Shown here: piece by piece, positions 61,615-64,000 of the stretch
How the letters are laid out: each line of letters begins with the position of its first letter
Position numbering within the stretch: the stretch's first letter is position 1
Assembly (NCBI GenBank): GCA_973895155.1
Contig: OZ316893.1
Location: 24,603,520 to 24,667,519, forward strand
Source of the DNA: Marsupella aquatica
Taxonomy: Eukaryota > Plantae > Marchantiophyta
Direction of reading: 5' to 3'
Length of the DNA: 64,000 nt
Translations under genes and position numbers: made by a program
The notes under the pieces: generated by a model
Databases searched by the model: none
Told to the model about the DNA's origin: nothing
The model's input: only the letters and a program-made list of their open reading frames with translations

Positions 61615-62064
61615 CTAGAGCATGTGATCCAAACATGTGTAGACACCAAAGTCACCGGTGGTGGGGTCTGGGAGGGCAGGACAAGTGACATCACCAGGCA
61701 CACTGCAGGATGGCGAGTGGTTCCAGATGATACATTGTGCTCTGTGCAAAAATCGGCATCCAAGAGAACGGTCATCCAATTCTGGGCCAGAAGCCCTACA
61801 GGCAGGACAGTCATATTGGCAACTGTGTACACACCCTTGGCACCTAATTTGTGGCGGGTCATGTACAAGAGACACAAATACCAAGGATGTCGGGAAGGGT
61901 ACTGAAGCAGGTAGAGGCCGGCTGTAGTTGTTCCTGGAAACAACAGGGTACTCAAAGTACCATGCAGACTGGGCTGGAAGGATCCCAAGTCTGACATACT
62001 CAAGGCGCAACATCTCTGCCTTGCGTGCAAGTCGCACATGTTCAGCGTTGCGGGTCCTCACCAT
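61615..62064 (-). CDS. Cys-rich orphan protein (putative zinc finger)
   Basis: 149-aa ATG ORF with CQGC..CQYDCPAC..GCRFLHRAQC..HSPSC..C..C; same strand as the neighbouring genes. Confidence 0.45.
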   Translation of the reverse strand: MVRTRNAEHVRLARKAEMLRLEYVRLGILPAQSAWYFEYPVVSRNNYSRPLPASVPFPTSLVFVSLVHDPPQIRCQGCVHSCQYDCPACRASGPELDDRSLGCRFLHRAQCIIWNHSPSCSVPGDVTCPALPDPTTGDFGVYTCLDHML

Positions 62065-63072
62065 AAGTGTTGCTTTCGTTGTGATGTCCTCTGTTCACGT
62101 CCTTTGATGAGCAAGGTGAGCAGGAGGTCGACTTGCCTCGCCAACAGCAACCACCTAAACTAATCAGTTCCCACTCATTGTCTTGGTTCCAACTACAGGT
62201 CATAGTATACACATAGCATGAAACGTGCATAGTACATATTTGATTCTGAGTTTATGAGTTTCCTAAGACAAAGAGCTTGGTGATAAACCCATATTCTCGA
62301 CGGACATGTATATCAATCATATTAAACTCCTGTTTTTTCATCCAGAAAGACCGAAAGTCTCACCTTGCAGGTTGCAGCAGAGAGAAAATTCACTGGTTGT
62401 CGTGTTGTGCAAGTGAACCTCCACTGATGCCCCGGTGTAGCCCCTCAGATGCAGGTGACACTTACCAACTCCCAAGTTGCCTGGTCTAACAGAAAATGCT
62501 TATATCTTCAGAACTTTATAGAGCAAGTACATGATCACATACTTCTGGATCTATTCATATTTGGAACTCTTGCCAACTACAACTCCCATTATGCACAAGC
62601 TCACATCAACAGAGAAAGATACAGAATGCATACTTACTATGGCTCTAAGCACCTTCACTACCTTGTTGAACCCAGTCCTGAAGTCTTTTCAGCGTGTTTG
62701 TTGTGCTGTCTCCTTTGGCACCCAACACCTTAGTCCTTGATGTAACAGAATGCGATTTTACAAGTTAGATGCTTTGGAACCTTCTATGGTCTTAGCTGAA
62801 TTGATGTCATCGTAAGTGGTGAAAGACAAGGAAGACGAAAGCTGGTTGAAGAGCTGTGGACAACACACTAGCATGAAGTGCTTCAACCAATCCACTGCCA
62901 AACGGAACTCTTACACAGTCACATTCTTTTAGTAAACAAAAACTCAGTCAAACTTCAGAATCAAAGTACAGACTCTGAAGGACCAAAGGAGGATGTTGTG
63001 AGTTTCTCTGTTGTTTAATGTGTTACCCTTCTAGTTTCGAAGTTAGCAAATGCTGAATAATGTGTCTACCAG

Positions 63073-63415
63073 ATCTTCGAAAAGAAGCCCACCACAATTA
63101 AGAACTTCGGTATCTGGGTCCACGTATCAGAGTCGTACAGGTTATCACAACATGTACAAGGAATATTGTGATACCACAAGAAACGGAGCTGCAGAGCAGA
63201 TGTATGATGAGATGGCTTCTTGTCATAGAGTTCGGTTCCCTTGCATCCAGATCATGAAGACTACGACAGTCCCTGTCTCTCTGTGCAAGCGAGAAAGTAC
63301 CAAGCAGTTCCATGATTCAAAGATCAAGTTCCCCTTGACGTACTGCAAGATTCAACCTCCATTGCGAAAGCTAAAGAAGACTTACAAGGCCACCAAGCCC
63401 AACACAATTGTTTGA
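63073..63415 (+). pseudogene. RPL18A: 60S ribosomal protein L18a (eL20) last-exon fragment
   Basis: After a CAG acceptor: [16 protein letters not shown], then a frameshift, then [56 protein letters not shown]-terminal exons were not recognised. Confidence 0.9.
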
Positions 63416-64000
63416 GTAGTGCGGGTGCAGGTTCCCAATTTTGAGACAATTTGGCTCATTTTATGTCCCGAGGGAATCCTGGAGTTTATGTATTGAGTTT
63501 CTAGGTGAAGATGCTTAATATAAGGAAATTCAATTATCACTTCGTTCCCAACTTCTATTAATTGAAAATACACAAGCTGGAAGCAAGAAGACAAGCCACA
63601 ATCTAGCATCTTAGCCAAACACAATCGTCCCGACAAAGCAAAACTCAGCTGGACAGAAGTCACTCGGATCCACAAAAAATTGAAGATTCACCTCCAAGCC
63701 GGAGGCTGATCACTTCAGTACAGCAGCTTCTAGACGGAACAAACTCTGCTCAGCCCCACAGAAACACAAATGTTAAGGTTCCAAGTCAGAGCTCACAAAC
63801 AGAAACTCAGATAAATAACATTCAAAATCTGTCCAGGTTTGTGCAAAGTGTACATATTCATTCTTCTGGAATGAACACGCAATGCATACATCACCTAGAC
63901 ACAGTCATTATAAATCATTGGGCGATTGGGGACCACTAAGCAGGTGTGTTCCTATTTCGAGGCTACAGGAAAGGATAGAGTGACACCAAACTCAAGAGTA

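Larger units (their letters stand above)
37278..62064 (-). mobile_element. Large CACTA (En/Spm) DNA transposon; far end not identified in the window
   Basis: CACTAGAAGAATCC terminus at 37278 with TGTGACT/AGTCACA subterminal repeats, followed by TnpA-like and TnpD genes. Extension over the upstream co-oriented genes is inferred because no ...TAGTG end was seen between them. Confidence 0.75.

Overview
Eukaryotic, transposon-rich plant DNA, probably a bryophyte (inferred from the TE and gene types). Only one clearly intact host gene is present: a trihelix/Myb-SANT-like transcription factor at 23420-24934 (-). The left part holds a decayed Ty3/gypsy pol whose integrase ends in a PHD finger, MITEs, a tRNA-derived SINE-like head and a non-autonomous Helitron. 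From about 29.9 kb the window is a nested TE stack. It runs from a Copia-type 5' LTR+PBS through a CACTA end with 83-bp and ~575-bp repeats to an unclassified segment. That segment has two TATA-leader-intron cassettes, ~90-bp-periodic palindrome arrays and an F-box-like ORF. Next is a large CACTA element (terminus at 37278) with TnpA/TnpD. Directly upstream and co-oriented are a tandem Pol-lambda-like BRCT gene, a stand-alone EDM2-type triple-PHD gene and a Cys-rich orphan ORF. An intact, very young Athila-like LTR retrotransposon (46329-58867, 3188-bp LTRs, AACAC TSD) splits the BRCT gene. The best candidates for new biology are the CACTA with a chromatin-reader plus DNA-repair-adaptor gene set, and the periodic palindrome-array cassettes. 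Family assignments come from motif recognition, not database searches.
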